64,000 bases of DNA from Chiloscyllium plagiosum (lineage: Eukaryota). The notes under the pieces are model-generated. The model was given only the letters and a program-made list of their open reading frames with translations, searched no databases and was not told the origin of the DNA. Shown here in pieces: positions 25,796 to 38,550 of this stretch. The position numbers were made by a program, and so were the translations under genes. Each line of letters starts with the position of its first letter. Position 1 is the stretch's first letter. The stretch is from contig NC_057718.1 of assembly GCF_004010195.1 (NCBI RefSeq), forward strand, positions 3,450,932 to 3,514,931, read 5' to 3'.

Positions 25796-26404
25796 AGGAA
25801 GGTGAGCAAAAGCAAAGAGGAGGACTAAAAGGGTGTCTCACATGAAGACAGACTGTTCCAAGTGGCCTACTGCATGGCTCAGTGCAAGGCTCACAGTGTT
25901 CAACAGCTGGAGAAATGGTTTGAATGTGGGGCCCAGTTGGAATGGTTCCAAATTTTCTGAAGGCATAACTGTAGGTAAGATTGGATGCTGTGAGAAAGAT
26001 GCAAGGATGCATCAGGTGGCCAGGCTCAGTGAATGGGAAAGATAAGACAGGTGAAATATAATATGAATAAATGTGAAGATAGCTTCTTTACAAAAGGGAA
26101 CAGAAAGGCAGAAGATTTTTAAATAGTAAGAGTTTGGAAATTGTTGGTGTCCAAAGGGACCTGGGTTTCTGTGTTCATGACTCAGTAAAAGTCAGCATGA
26201 GGCTGCACCAGTCACTAAGGAAGGCAAATGTTGGTCTTCACCACAAGGTAGTTGAGTCCAGGGGTGAGGATGTCTTGTTGCAGTTGGGCAAAGTATTGGG
26301 GAGACCACACCTGGATTGTGGACAGTTTGTCCCTGAGTGTAAGGAAGCACAGACTTACCATCGAGGGAGTTGTATGGAGGGTCAGCAGAGTAATCCCTGG
26401 GATT

Positions 26405-28718
26405 ACAATGTAATTAAGCAAAATTTAGGATGCAGAGAATGGGGAAGGTAACTGCAGGGGATGGGCACAATTGAAATGTGGAGCTGATTCAAGGTACACC
26501 CACTGCAAGTCTTTGGTAAGTATATACCTGTCAGGCAGGCAGGAAGTAGTTGAGCGAGGAAACTGTAGTTTACTAAAGAAGTTTAATTTCTTGTCAACAG
26601 GAAGAAGGTGGCTTACATAAAGATGAGATGTAAAGCCTCAGTTAGGGCACTTGAGTGTTACAGGTTAGCCAGGAAGGACTGAAACAGAGAGCTAAGAAGA
26701 GTCATGAGAGGACATGAGAATTCTTTGGCAGGTAGGATCAAGGAAAACCCTGAAGCTTTCTAAAGCTATGTCAGGAATAAAAGAATGATTAGAGTAAAAT
26801 TAGCACCTGTCAACGACAGAATTTGTGCCTGGAGTCTGAAGAGACAGGAGAGGTGCTAAATCAATATTTTTCATCAGTAACCACACAGGAAAAAGATTAG
26901 GTTATAATCCAACAGGTTCATTTGACAGCATTAGTTTTCGGAGCACTGCTCCTTCATCAGATGGTTAGGCAGCGTTCTGAAAGCTAGTGCCTTCAAATAA
27001 ACCTGTTGGACTATAACCTGGTGTTGTGTGATTATTAACTTTGTACACCCCAGACCAACAGTTGCATCTCCAAAACAGGAAAAAGACAATGTTGTCGAGG
27101 AGAATACTGAGTTACAGGGTATTAGACTACATAGGATTGAGGTTTGCCAGGAGGAGGTGTTAGAAATTCCAGAAAGTGTGAAAATAGATAAATCCCCGGG
27201 GCTGGATGGGATTTACCCTAGGATTCGCTGGGAAGCTAGGGACAAGGTTGCAGAGCCTTTGGCTTTTATCTTTACATTGTCATTGTCTACAGGAAAAGTG
27301 CCAGAAGTCTGAAGGATAACAAATGTTGTCACCTTGTTCAAGCAGGGGAGTAGAGACAACCCTGGCAATTATAGACCAATGAGCCTTACTTCATTTGTCA
27401 GTTAAGTGTTGGAAAGGATTATAAAATATAGGATTTATCATCATCTGGAAAGGAATAATTGGATTAGAGATAGTCAACATGGTTTTGTGAAGGGTAGGTC
27501 GTGCCTCACAAACCTTATTGATTTCTTTGAGAAGGTGACTAAACAGGTGGATGAGGGTAAAGTGCTGTATAAGGATTTCAGTAAAGCATTTGATAATGTT
27601 CCCAACAGTAGGCTATTGCAAAACATACGGAGGCATGGATTTGAAGGTGATTTGGCAGTTTGGATCAGAAGTTGGCTAGCTGAAAGAAGACAGAGGGTGG
27701 TGGTTGGTGGGAAATGTTCAAACTGGAGTTCAATTACTCATGGTGTACCACAAGGATCTGTTTTGTGGCCACTGCCATTTGTCATTTTTATAAATGACGC
27801 GGACGAGGATGTAGAAGGATGGGTAGTAAATTTGCAAATGACAAGAAAGTCTGTGGAGTTGTGGACAGTGCAGAAGGATGTTTCAGGTTGCAGAGGGACT
27901 TAAATAAGCTGCAGAGCTGGGCTGAGAGGTGGCAAATGGAGTTTTATGCAGAAATGTGAGGTGATTAATTTTGGAAAGACCAATGGAATAAAGAGTACCA
28001 GGCTAATGGCAAGATTCTTGGTAGCGTGGATGAGCAGAGAGATCTCGGTGTCCTTCTACATAGATTCTGAAAGTTGCCACACAAGCTGAGAAGGCATACG
28101 GTGTGTTAGTTTTATTGGGAGAGCGATTGAGTTTCGGAACCATGAGGTCATGTTGCAGCTGTTCAAAACTCTGATGCAGCCACACTTGGAGTGTTACGTA
28201 CAGTTCTGGTTGCTGCATTACAGGAATGATGTGGAAGTATTGGAAATGGTGAAGAGGACAGTTATCAGATGTTACCTGACTTGGAGGGAAGGTCATATGA
28301 GGAAAGTCTGAGGCACTTGAGGCTGTTTTCATTCGAGAGAAGAAGGTTAAGAGGTGACTTAACAGAAGCCTACAAGATGATTAGATTAGATGGGGTGGAC
28401 AGTGAAAGGTTTTTTCCTTGGATGGTGATGGCTAGGACAAGGGGACATCGCTTTAAATTGAGGGATGATAGATATAGGACGGATGTCAGAGGTAGGTTCT
28501 TTACTCAGAGAGCAGTAAAGGCGTGGAATGTCCTGCTTGCAACAGTAGTAGACTCATTAACTTTAAGGGCATCTAAATGGTCATTGAATAAATAAATGGA
28601 TGGTAATAGAATAGTACAGGATAGATGGGCTTCAGATCGGTTTCTCAGGTCGGCGCAATATCGAGGGCTGAAGGACCTGTACTGCGCGCAATTATTCTAT
28701 GTTCGATGTTCAATGTTC
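26405..28718 (+). mobile_element. 5'-truncated CR1 LINE (same subfamily as 16.9-21.1 kb)
   Basis: SQHGFVKGRSCLTNLI, GVPQGSVLWP and RRLRGDLTEAYK motifs; CR1 tail. Confidence 0.9.
26897..27074. mobile_element. Penelope-derived inverted short element with a 12-bp TSD and a minus-strand hammerhead motif (26929-26963)
   Basis: TSD ACAGGAAAAAGA at 26885-26896 and 27075-27086. The minus strand reads CAT-CTGATGA-A-GGAGC-agt-GCTCC-GAAAA-CTA-ATG. Confidence 0.75.
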
Positions 28719-29899
28719 AATATTCTGTTTGAGGTGGAGGTGGAAGTGTCATTGAGCAGAACAGGAGCTGCACAGGGTTCTGGAAAATGATGAACAAAGA
28801 CTCAAGAGCTGAGAGTTTGAAATTTCCTGAATATGTTGCTCACATCTTATTGAGTTACACTGGAGCCCAAGTTAAACTTTAATTTAATGACTTTGAGATA
28901 TAGAAAAGTGTGGTCCACCTTTTTTTTATTATAATTTCAGCTCCTGTTGAGTGTTCTGATCCCAGCTGATGTTTTTCCTGCTCAAGTCCGATACATAATG
29001 AAGTCTGTCATGATTGTTTTTGTTTTGGTGTGTTTTATTTAGCATGTTAGTCATTTACTGAAATTAAAGTCCAGATTGCTTGTTGCTCCAACATTTCATC
29101 CAAAAGGGAACATGTTGGACCTTGACTCACCTTTCTTTGAACATCGCCTACTGTCCTGCTGTAGACTCACCCTCAGCAAGCTGCTCCCAGTTTACTTTGG
29201 CCAGATTCTGATATATTTCTTGAAAAAAAAACCTACCATAACCCTGTGGTCAAGCAAACATGAGCCCAAACTTGGACATTCTCAATTGACCCACAGTCCA
29301 AGAAATCAGGCCTGACAGAAAAGTGGCCAAATTAACTTAAAGAGCATCCAGTAGTTGATGGCTTTGGAGAATAGCGGAAGCCAAAGTCTAACCAGTCACA
29401 AAGGCTCAAGAGGAACCAGTTACAACCAGACCAAGAGGTGTGTATTGGAGGAGTATCGATCAGACTCTGGCAACTTGACTGCCTGAGTGTGTAGAGAAAG
29501 TGAGGAGTGCCTAAGTGTGTGCACAGCGCAGCAACAGTGAAGGTGTTGACACAATCTCATTGGATGATTTAAACCCAGTGTATGACCCCAATGGTGAAAG
29601 GCTACAGAAAAGTTTGGAATGTCAGGGGCAAAGTGTTTTAATAAGGAGCAGTTTGTGATTGAAATTGAGTTGAACCACAAACTGGTTTCTGTATCCCGTT
29701 TGTCCGCTTCACCAACAAGAGCATTTGGGCAAAATGTTTTTTGAACAGAAATGAGTCAAAGCACGGACAACACCTCAATCCAGAACCTGTTTTTGCAGAC
29801 CATCTCTTCTGTTCCCAGAACAAACTGAAAACATTTGGTATTGTAGTTCCTTTCATGAAAATGCTCCCCCACTGTCATCTCAAACATCTGTCCATCTTC

Positions 29900-30640
29900 G
29901 TTTCACCAGATTAGGTCCAACACTGCACCTTCCCATGTTGGACCTTTTACACTTCAATATAAAAAGCTCTCCTGTAAACAGTTTAAGAAATCTGCTCCTC
30001 TGAAACTTTTACACTATTGTTATCCTAATCAATGCTGAGGAAGTTGAAATTCCCTGAAATAATTATCCATTTGTTACACACCTCAGTGAATTGTGTAAAT
30101 ATCAGCTGTTCTATTGTTTGCTGACTGTTGGGCATTGACAATACTCTCCCATTGTGTGACTGTTCCTAAACTCTACCCACAAAGCCTCATTTAAAACCCC
30201 TTCAAAGATATTGTCCCTCCCTACTGCAGTAACGGACTCCTTGATAAATAACATGCCAGCTTTTCTTTGGCACCTTCCCCTGTCCTGCCCCAAAATGTTG
30301 AGTTGTCAGCCCTGTCCCTCCCTGAATCATGTCCCTGTGATTGCAACAACATCCAATTCCAGGTGTCAATCCATGCCCTTAACCCATCTTTCTGATAACC
30401 CATTATACACCCAGCATAAATTTACAGGCCATTCAGCCTGTCTTCCTCCCTTGAAACTCAACATGGCTGAACTTGACCTGGCTTTGTTCCTTCACTAAAG
30501 TAGGCTGTATCCCTACACACTAACACACTACATCCCCTCCCTCTGGGGAACTATTTTAAATTCCTACCAAGAGCAGGAGCAAACCCACCCACACAATGGT
30601 GTTGGTCCCATTCTGGTTCAGGTGCAGACTGTCCCATCAA
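29900..30640 (-). mobile_element. Old CR1 endonuclease-region remnant
   Basis: Degenerate RAWIDTWN...IKESVTAVGRDNI...EALWVEFRN. Confidence 0.6.
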
Positions 30641-31733
30641 TGGTTTCCTTATGATTCAAGGGTTCTACCAAATTGTTCCACGATGTAATCAGACCGATCA
30701 AAAGATTGTCTTCTCAGACACAAGTATTTTTGATGCAGTCAATAAACCCATTTCCTCTGCCCTGCCCTGGCCTGCTAAACCACACAACAGAAGGTTATCA
30801 ACTGAAATGATATCCTTCTGAGAGAGGTTTTCATTACAAGGGGGTTTGGAATACAACAATAAAGAAACCCTTTCTAACTGAGCACTGTGTGTGCACGAGG
30901 TCATTGAATTAAATAAAAGGTGAGATCCAGACACAGGCCATTCAGCCCAATCAGTTGATGTTGGTGTTTGTGCTGTACTTGACCATGTGACCATCCTTCT
31001 GCAGATAAGTATCACTCTTCCCCTTTATTTAATTTCCCAATTTCCCCTAAATTGAACCTGTCTTATTCACTTCAATCACTCCCTGGGATAATTAATTCCA
31101 CTTTCTCAACAGTCTCTCTTGGGAAAGAGGTTTCTTCACAATTCCCAATTGGATTTGTGACAAAGTTTACACCTCCCACATCACCCTAACCCACTGTGTA
31201 TTGATGTGTTATCAAAAAATGCCTTGGAATGAACAGAAACAGAAATAACAAATGGTCCAAGCCATTTGTTTGAGGGAAGCTGCTGTCCTTGAGACGTGTA
31301 ATCAATGTCAGGGTCAGGGGGCTGTGGCACGCTGGCAATGTCCTTAACTGTAGAACACAAGGTCAGAGATCAAATCTCACCCTGTGGTACAGCACACCCC
31401 CACAGGTTGCTGAGAAGTAATTTCATGTTGAACATAAAGGACAGTATAGCACAGGAACAGGCCCTTTGGCCCATCATGTCTGTGCTGACCATGATGCTAT
31501 TCTGAACCATTCTCATCTGCCTGCACGTGCTCCATAACCCACTATTCCCTGCCTGTGCATATGTCTTTAGTTTTGCTGCACCATTCAAAGTATCTTGCAC
31601 CATAAAGGCTGAATCTGTGCATTTCCATAAATGTTTTGACCATTCACAGGGTTGCAGCAAATGTGTGAATTCTCAATGTATAAGTGACTGAGTATGAGGA
31701 ACTTGCACTGAATAAATATTTAGCACCACTGTT

Positions 31734-31744
31734 GAAATGAAACT
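31734..31744. promoter_or_regulatory. Possible ISRE/IRF site upstream of leader exon 1
   Basis: GAAATGAAACT (reverse complement AGTTTCATTTC) ~225 bp upstream of ATG 31966. A similar motif occurs by chance inside a repeat at 4389-4400, so support is weak. Confidence 0.3.
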
Positions 31745-31965
31745 CACTGTAGTTACGATAAAATCCAGCCAGTCATATCCACCCTTAGAACAGAACAGCC
31801 ATTGATTTATTGTCCATGCTTCCCCTTTACTGACACTTTAACTTCTTTGCCTCCTGAGAAACGAGAGATTAAAGAAGCTGCAGTTGGCTGGGACACTTTG
31901 TGTTTCAATTTATTAACTGGACGTACAATGAACTGCGTGGAGACACAGGGTGTCACTCTGTTGAG

Positions 31966-32017
31966 ATGATCTGTGGAACTCTTTTTGCTGTGACCCTGTC
32001 TGTCTGTGTTACTTTGG
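31966..32017 (+). CDS. Signal-peptide (leader) exon L1
   Basis: MICGTLFAVTLSVCVTL-G|GTAAGT; 52 nt, phase-1 donor, in non-repeat sequence. Same length and phase as L2. Confidence 0.65.
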
Positions 32018-33349
32018 GTAAGTGTTTGCTTTGGAGAAGTTTAACTTTTTGCAAAATAACTTTCTGTGCTGCTGCTGTGGAGTTTGTGAAAATTTGGAAG
32101 TTTGAACATTGAGAACTGGAGGGGAGTACCACAAGAAGAATTTATCACTGTCTGGGGATTGTTTGGTACAACTGACACAGAGCTCCACAGGCAGGGAACA
32201 CAGACCAGAAAATGGAGTGCTCCTCCCATCCTTTGCTGTCATTCATCTACTGTGAGAATGGGATTGAGGGACAGACTGCACATTAAGGTGTGTACTTCAG
32301 GTGGATTGGATTGGTCTGTGTGTTTACTGGGTCTGGTTGGGGTGGATTTGAAAGACAATCTCATGTTTTTGCAAAGTTGGTGAATTTACAGATTTGTGAT
32401 TCAGAATGAGTTTCATTAATGGACCCATGCTGACACTCACAATAATTCTCTATAATCAATAATATTGAATTTGTTCCATTAAAACATTTCCAGGACTGCA
32501 CAAACTGTGAACCAGTTTGAAGCTCAGTATCTGTGACAGCACCAAATCCTGGATCTGTTCCAAAACAGGAACATTTCCGAAGATGAATGTGCTGAATGCC
32601 AGCTCATGTTTTGTGTGATGCTGTTAATTGAAGGAAGGGTGTTGATGGTCAGGAGACGGAGAGTATCTCATGTTCTTTTACACCTTGTGCTTTGTGACCT
32701 TTAAATCTTCGAATTAGATGCCTGAGCACTCCACACAACATCTGATCGAAACAAGGACAGAGTGAAATCTTCTCTCTGTTGCTGCTGTGTGTAGCCCCTC
32801 CTGCCAGGTGATCTGTTGCCATGGTGCCACATTCATCTGTCTTGTACCAGCCTCACCCACCCACTGTAGCTCATCAGAAGCTGTTCTGTGATATCCGCCT
32901 TGTCCACCAGAACATCAGCTTTGAGCCAATCTCCAGACATAGTTTTGACAGCCACAGCTTCCTGCCCTTCATGTGAGAGAGAGAGACACCAACTGAGCCA
33001 AGCTGACTCTCACACTCACTGAGAGGGTAGAGTGTCCCTCTGTGCTCCCACCATTTCCCAGCTTTTCAATGAACAGACAATATTGTGGAACAAACTGGGG
33101 AGTTCCCCACCTACAGAGCAAAGAGAGGGAACACCTTCATAAAATGTTGTTTTGACAATTTGCCTGAGAGAGTGGCTGCCTTTTCTGAACACCAGCTGCA
33201 AACTGAGCCAAGGAAACACAAAAAGGGAAGCAACATTTGTTGCACAGAGTGGAATCTCACTGTTCCCACAGTGTTCTAATGAGAAAGAAAGCCATTGGGC
33301 CCATTGTTTCAGCACTGGCTCTCTCCGCACTTTAACTTTAACCACAGGG

Positions 33350-34630
33350 AATGGGTGAAATAAAAAAACAAATATTTCATGCCAGTATTTAATATGGAGA
33401 AGAATATGGAAACTAGAGAATTTGGGTAAATTGCTAGTGATATCTCAAAAAGTGTTCAAACTACAGAAGAGGAGGTCTTGGATGTGTAAAATGTTGGATA
33501 AGTCCCTTGAACCTGATCAGTTATATCCCAGAACTTTGTGGGAAGCAAAGGAAATGATTACTGGGTTTTTTGTTGTGATATTTACATCATCAAGAGCCAT
33601 GGGTGAGGTGGTGGAAGACTGGAGCTTGGCTAATGTGGTACCACTGTTTAAGAAAGGTGGTTAGGAAAAGCCAGGAAACCATAGACAGATGAGCCTTTAG
33701 TCAGTGCTGGATAAGTTGTTGGAAGGGATGCTGAATGACAGGATAAATTAGGTATTTGGAAAAGCAAGGAGTGATTAGGGATAGTCAACATGGCTTCGTA
33801 TTTCACTAACTTGATTGAGTTTTTTGAAAAAGTGACAAAAAAGATTGATGAAGACAGAGTGTTAAACTCTGTCTATATGGACTTCAGCAAAGTGTTTGAC
33901 AAAGTTTTCTGGTGTGGACTGGTTAGCAAGATTAGATCACTTGGAATCTATGGAGATATAGCTCATTGAACACAAATTTGGCTTAACGACAGTAGACAGA
34001 GGGTGATAGAGGAGATCTGTTCTTTGGATTGGAGACCTGTGACCAATAGTGTGTCACAAGGATCAGTGTTGGGTCCACCGCTGGTGTACTGGGAATAGTT
34101 TGGGTCCCCTTATTTAAGAATCAATATCATTTCATCAGAGGCAATTCAGATCCTAGGGTGAACCCTGATATGGAGGGATTATCTTGTGAGCAAAGGCTGA
34201 ACAGGTTGGGACTCTACTCATTGGAGTTTTGAAGGATGGGAGGTGATCTCATTCAAACATACAGGATTCTTAAGGGGCTTCACAGGATAAATACAGAGGA
34301 TATTTCCCTTCATGGGAGAGTCTAGGAGCAAAGGGTATGATTTCAGTAAAAAGGGACACTAATTTAAAAGTGAAATGAGCAGGTTTTTCTTCTCTCAGAG
34401 GATTGAGAGTCTCTGGAACTCCTTGCCATAGAAGTTGTGGAGACAGAGTCTTTGCATATATTTAAAGCTGCGATAGACAGAGGGACTTGATTGGTTGGGG
34501 AATCAAGAGTAAGGGGGAAAGAGTAGCAAAAGTGGACTTGAGAATGTGAGATCAGTCGTGATTCTAAAGAATGTTGGAACAGGTTTGGGGGTCTGAATGG
34601 CCTACTCCTATTTCTAAAGACTTATGGTGG
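33350..34630 (+). mobile_element. Decayed CR1 ORF2 fragments
   Basis: DKSLEPDQLYPRTLWEA...DWSLANVVPLFKKG; CR1 tail. Confidence 0.8.
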
Positions 34631-34634
34631 TACA

Positions 34635-35185
34635 GTTGATGTGGAGGATATGGTCCCTGCAGGAGTTAGCGTTAATGTGGGGGTGGGGTGTTAGTCCCTA
34701 TGTGAGACAGTTAAAGTGGGGGACATGATTCCTATAGAAATAGGGTTATTGTGGAGAATATGGTTTCTATAGCAGATAGGATTAATCTAGGGGACATGGT
34801 TCTTATATGAGATAGGGTTAATGTGGGAGTATGGTTCTGCTACAAGACAGGATTAATGTGAGTGATATGGTTCTTGTAGAAAAGGGTTAATGTGGGTATA
34901 ATGGTTTTTATAGGAATAGGATTATCATGGGAGATATGGTTCTTATCAGAATAGGCTTAATGTGAGGATATGGTTCCAACACAAAACAGGGTTGATGTGA
35001 GGAATATGGTTCCTCTACAAGATAAGGTTCATGTGGGGGATAAGGTTCCTATAGGAATAGGGTTAACGTGGGTGTTAAGGTTCCTATAGGAATAAGGTTA
35101 GTGTGGGGAATATGGTTCCTATAGAAATAGGGTCAATGTGGAAGAAATGGTTCTTATAATAGATATAGCTATTGTGGTGAATATG
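34635..35185. repeat. ~35-bp degenerate minisatellite (~15 copies)
   Basis: Consensus approximately ATATGGTTCCTATAGGAATAGGGTTAATGTGGGGG; period of 35 measured between 35042 and 35077. Confidence 0.85.
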
Positions 35186-35454
35186 AATGGACAGAGTGTG
35201 GAGACCATCTTGCTGCTAGTACTGTGCCTGTATTATTGAAACTACTCACTGTGGAGCTGAACCTCACCCCTCAGCAACTCAGTCCCTTCCAGAGAGATGG
35301 AGAGAAACAGGAAACTTGGTGTTTGTGATTGGAATGAGATTGGCCAGGTGAATCTCATCAAATCTGAATTCCCTGACTGGGGCTGTTATCCTGGGACAAT
35401 CAGGAAAGCCCTGGCGGACGGATATAACCAGGGGGTGCAAAGGTCTTCTCAATT

Positions 35455-38400
35455 TAGGGGGTGGACTCTGTGCTGGCTGGTGCTACAGTCAGTATGTTTC
35501 CGTTGGTTTCTGCTTCAAAAAGGAAAAGGAAAAGGAATCACAGGCTGGTCACAGCCTGAGCGTGACCCTTGTCCTGGCCGTTATGTATGAGGAAAGGACA
35601 ATGTGAATCCTGTGGTAGGGCATTGCTCTTGGACTCTAGATTTGTCATGTATGTATCCTCACTGTGTTTGGCATTTGGACTGAGCCCTTATGGAAGGCAT
35701 ACATTTTACCAGAGGAGCTGTTCCTGTGGGGAGGCCTAGCCCTGGGACTGGGCCTCTAAAGACTAAACACCTGTGTGTGTGCTGGGAGATGAGCACTTGC
35801 TGTATCCTAGAGTTTGGGAGAAGACCTTTTCTTCAGGAGTGGACCAAAACCCTGTGAGTTAAGTGCACTTTAAAAATGTACTGTGTTCCTGTGAGTGGGC
35901 CTGGCTCTCCAAGGATGTGCCAGGACTCCATGGAGACCGAACATCTGTGGGGTGTGCATTTGCTGCCTTGAGGAGTTGACTCTGCAGTTTGGAGTGGACT
36001 CCATTTTGGACAATGCACCTCATAAACTGGAGTGGACCCCATTCCTGGGAATGGACTCTATTTTGAAGACTCTATTTGGACTGTGTACCAGAAAGGATTC
36101 TGTTTTTTGGTAATTAACTGTATTGTGGTGTTTGTTGGGTCTACCACCTGCACTGTCTTGTGTGTCCCTGGGTCTGGCAGGCCTTATTGTGAGCTGGGAG
36201 GCTCATGGGTCGTCCTGAAAGCTGTCACCCCGAGAGCCAGAGGGTGGGTAGGCCACCCTGATGCTAGTCTGTCCGAGAGCCAGATGGTGTGTAGGCTATT
36301 CTGAGCGCTGTCGTCCTGAGAAGGGGTGATCAGGATGGATTGTCCTAAAGGTGGCCGAAAGGTGTCAGAGCAGCCGAGAGCCAGAAGGTGATTAGGGTAG
36401 GCTGAGATCTGGAAGGCTTGTGGATTACCCTGCAACGCTGTCGTCCCATGGAAGGGGACGGGCTGTCCTAGAGGTGGCTGGAAGTTGTGCCAGGATAGCC
36501 CACTGGCTGGATATTGCACCGGGGTGAGTGAGAGCCCAATGGTATGAAGGGCAGACTGAGAGCCAGAAGGTGGGTAGCTGTCCTCAGCACTGTCACCCTG
36601 GGCAGGTATTGGGGTGGGCTGCCCCAGAGGTGGTCAAAAGGTGCTGAGAGTGGTTAGTGAAGCCGGAAAGTGGGTGGCCGTCCTGACCACTGTCACCCTG
36701 GGTGGGTACCGGGGCGGGCTGTCCTAGAGGTGGTCAAAAGGTGTCAGGGCGGACTGAGAACTGGAAGGGGCATGGGGTGGACTGAGACCCGGAAGGTACG
36801 TAGGGACGGGCTGCCTTAGAGTGGTCGGAAGGTGGGAGGGATGGGGGCTTGCTGGGTCTGTATTGTCTGCACTGTTTATGTAACTGGATTGTCTTTTTAT
36901 GTACAAATGTCATTGTCGCTGTCTTTTCATATGTGAAACTGGGATTTGAGGTTTGTCCTCTCTCTGTAAACTGGTTGAACAGTAGGGTTTGGGGCCTGGC
37001 TTTGCTGCTTCTCTCCCTTGTAAAATTGCTGTTTTATACAGCTGTAAATGTTAACTGTTTTTTGTAAACTGTTTTGTAATTGTTTAATAAAATTTAAAAA
37101 GAGATTCATCTCCTCAGTTTAGGGGACTGACTCTGTGCTGGGTGGGCTACAATCAGTGTGTTACTGTTAGTTTTGAGGGAGAAGGAGAATACAGCTTGTT
37201 AATCTTTTCACTTTTTTGAGAAAAGGACAATGTGGATTTTATGGTAAAGCTTCGCCCTTGGACTCTAATTTTCTTTGCTTTCTGTATGTGCCTTCACTTT
37301 TTGGTGTTTGGACTGAGCTCTTGTGAAAGACCTACATTTTACCCGATGAGCTGTTCCTGTGGTGAGGCCTAGCTCTGGGACTGGGCCTCTGAAGATTGAA
37401 CACCTGTGTGTGTGTGTGCTGGGAGGTGAGCAGTTGCTGTATCCTGGAGTTTGGGAGAAGACCTTTCCTTCAGGAGTGGACCTAAACCCCTGAGAGTTAA
37501 CTGCACCTGTACAATGTACTGTGTTCTTGTGAGTGGCCCTGGCTCTCCAAGGATGTGCCAGGACTCCATGGAGACTGAATACCTGTGTGCTGTGGGGTGT
37601 GCATTTGCTGCCTTTGGGAGTGGACTCTGCCCTTGGTTGTGGACCCTGTTTTTTAGCAGTGCACTCTGCAGTTTGGAGTGGACTCCACTTCTGACAATGC
37701 ACTTTGTATACTGGAGTAGACTGTGTTCCTGGGAATGGACTCTACTTATAGAGAAGAACTATCTATGCTAATGGACTGTATCAGAAAGGATTGTTTGTTG
37801 GTATTTAACTCTGTCATGTGGTTTGGGGTTATCACCTACACTGTCTTGTGTCCCTGGGTCTGGCAGGCCTTACTATGAGCTGGGAGGGTCATAGGTCATC
37901 CTGAGGGCCAGAAGGTGGGTAGTCTGTTCTGAGTGCTGTCGTCATGAGAAGGGGTGATCGGGAAGAGCTGTCCTAAAGGTGGCCAGAAGGTGTCAGGGTA
38001 GTCCATGGGCCAGATGGCGCATCGGGGTGGGTGAGAGCACAATGGTATGTAGGGCAACCAAGAGCTGGAAGGCAGATAAGCCATCCTCAGTGCTCTCCAC
38101 CTGGGCTGTCCTAGAGGTGGTTGGAAAGTCAGGATGGACTGAGAACTGGAAAGGGCATGGAGTGGACAGAGCCAGAAGGTGCATAGGGGTGGGCTGCCTT
38201 AGTGACCGGAGGGTTGGTGGGTTTCTGGGGACCTGTATTGTATGCACTTGTGTAATTGGACTGTCATTTATGTACCAATGTCATTGTTACTGTTTGTAAT
38301 GATTGAAACTGAGATTCGAGGTTTGTCCTCATTTCCCTGAAAACTGGTTGAATGTCATGTTTGGGGCTTGGCTTAGCCATTCCTCTCTTGTAAAATTGCT

Positions 38401-38455
38401 GCTTCTCTGTATACAGCTGTAAATGTTAATTGTTTTGTAAACTATTATATTTAAA
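35455..38455 (+). repeat. Tandemly duplicated unclassified element (copies ~35455-37090 and ~37118-38455)
   Basis: Colinear matches, e.g. ggctctccaaggatgtgccaggactccatggagac (~35903/~37541) and gtaaaattgct...tacagctgtaaatgttaa (~37020/~38390). Internal subrepeats gctgtcctagaggtgg and gagccagaaggtg. Confidence 0.85.
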
Positions 38456-38550
38456 CAATTCAAACAGGAATATTAGGTGTTACAGTCACTCTAGAGGAGC
38501 TAGCTCTTAGCTAAGTGTCTGCATCACATATTATATATGTGTAAACAAAG

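Noticed and set aside
28721-28761. Minus-strand acceptor followed by PCAAPVLLNDTS, resembling a V-exon start
   Set aside because: Similarity stops after PVLL (no QSP) and no continuation was found across the adjacent CR1.
33267-33294. CACAGTG followed by an A-rich stretch (possible 12-RSS)
   Set aside because: The nonamer matches only 5-6/9 and no V or D coding segment precedes it.
34635-35185. CRISPR-like or Ig switch-region interpretation of the periodic repeat
   Set aside because: Vertebrate DNA with no unique spacers, no AGCT-rich motif and no constant gene nearby; it is a minisatellite.
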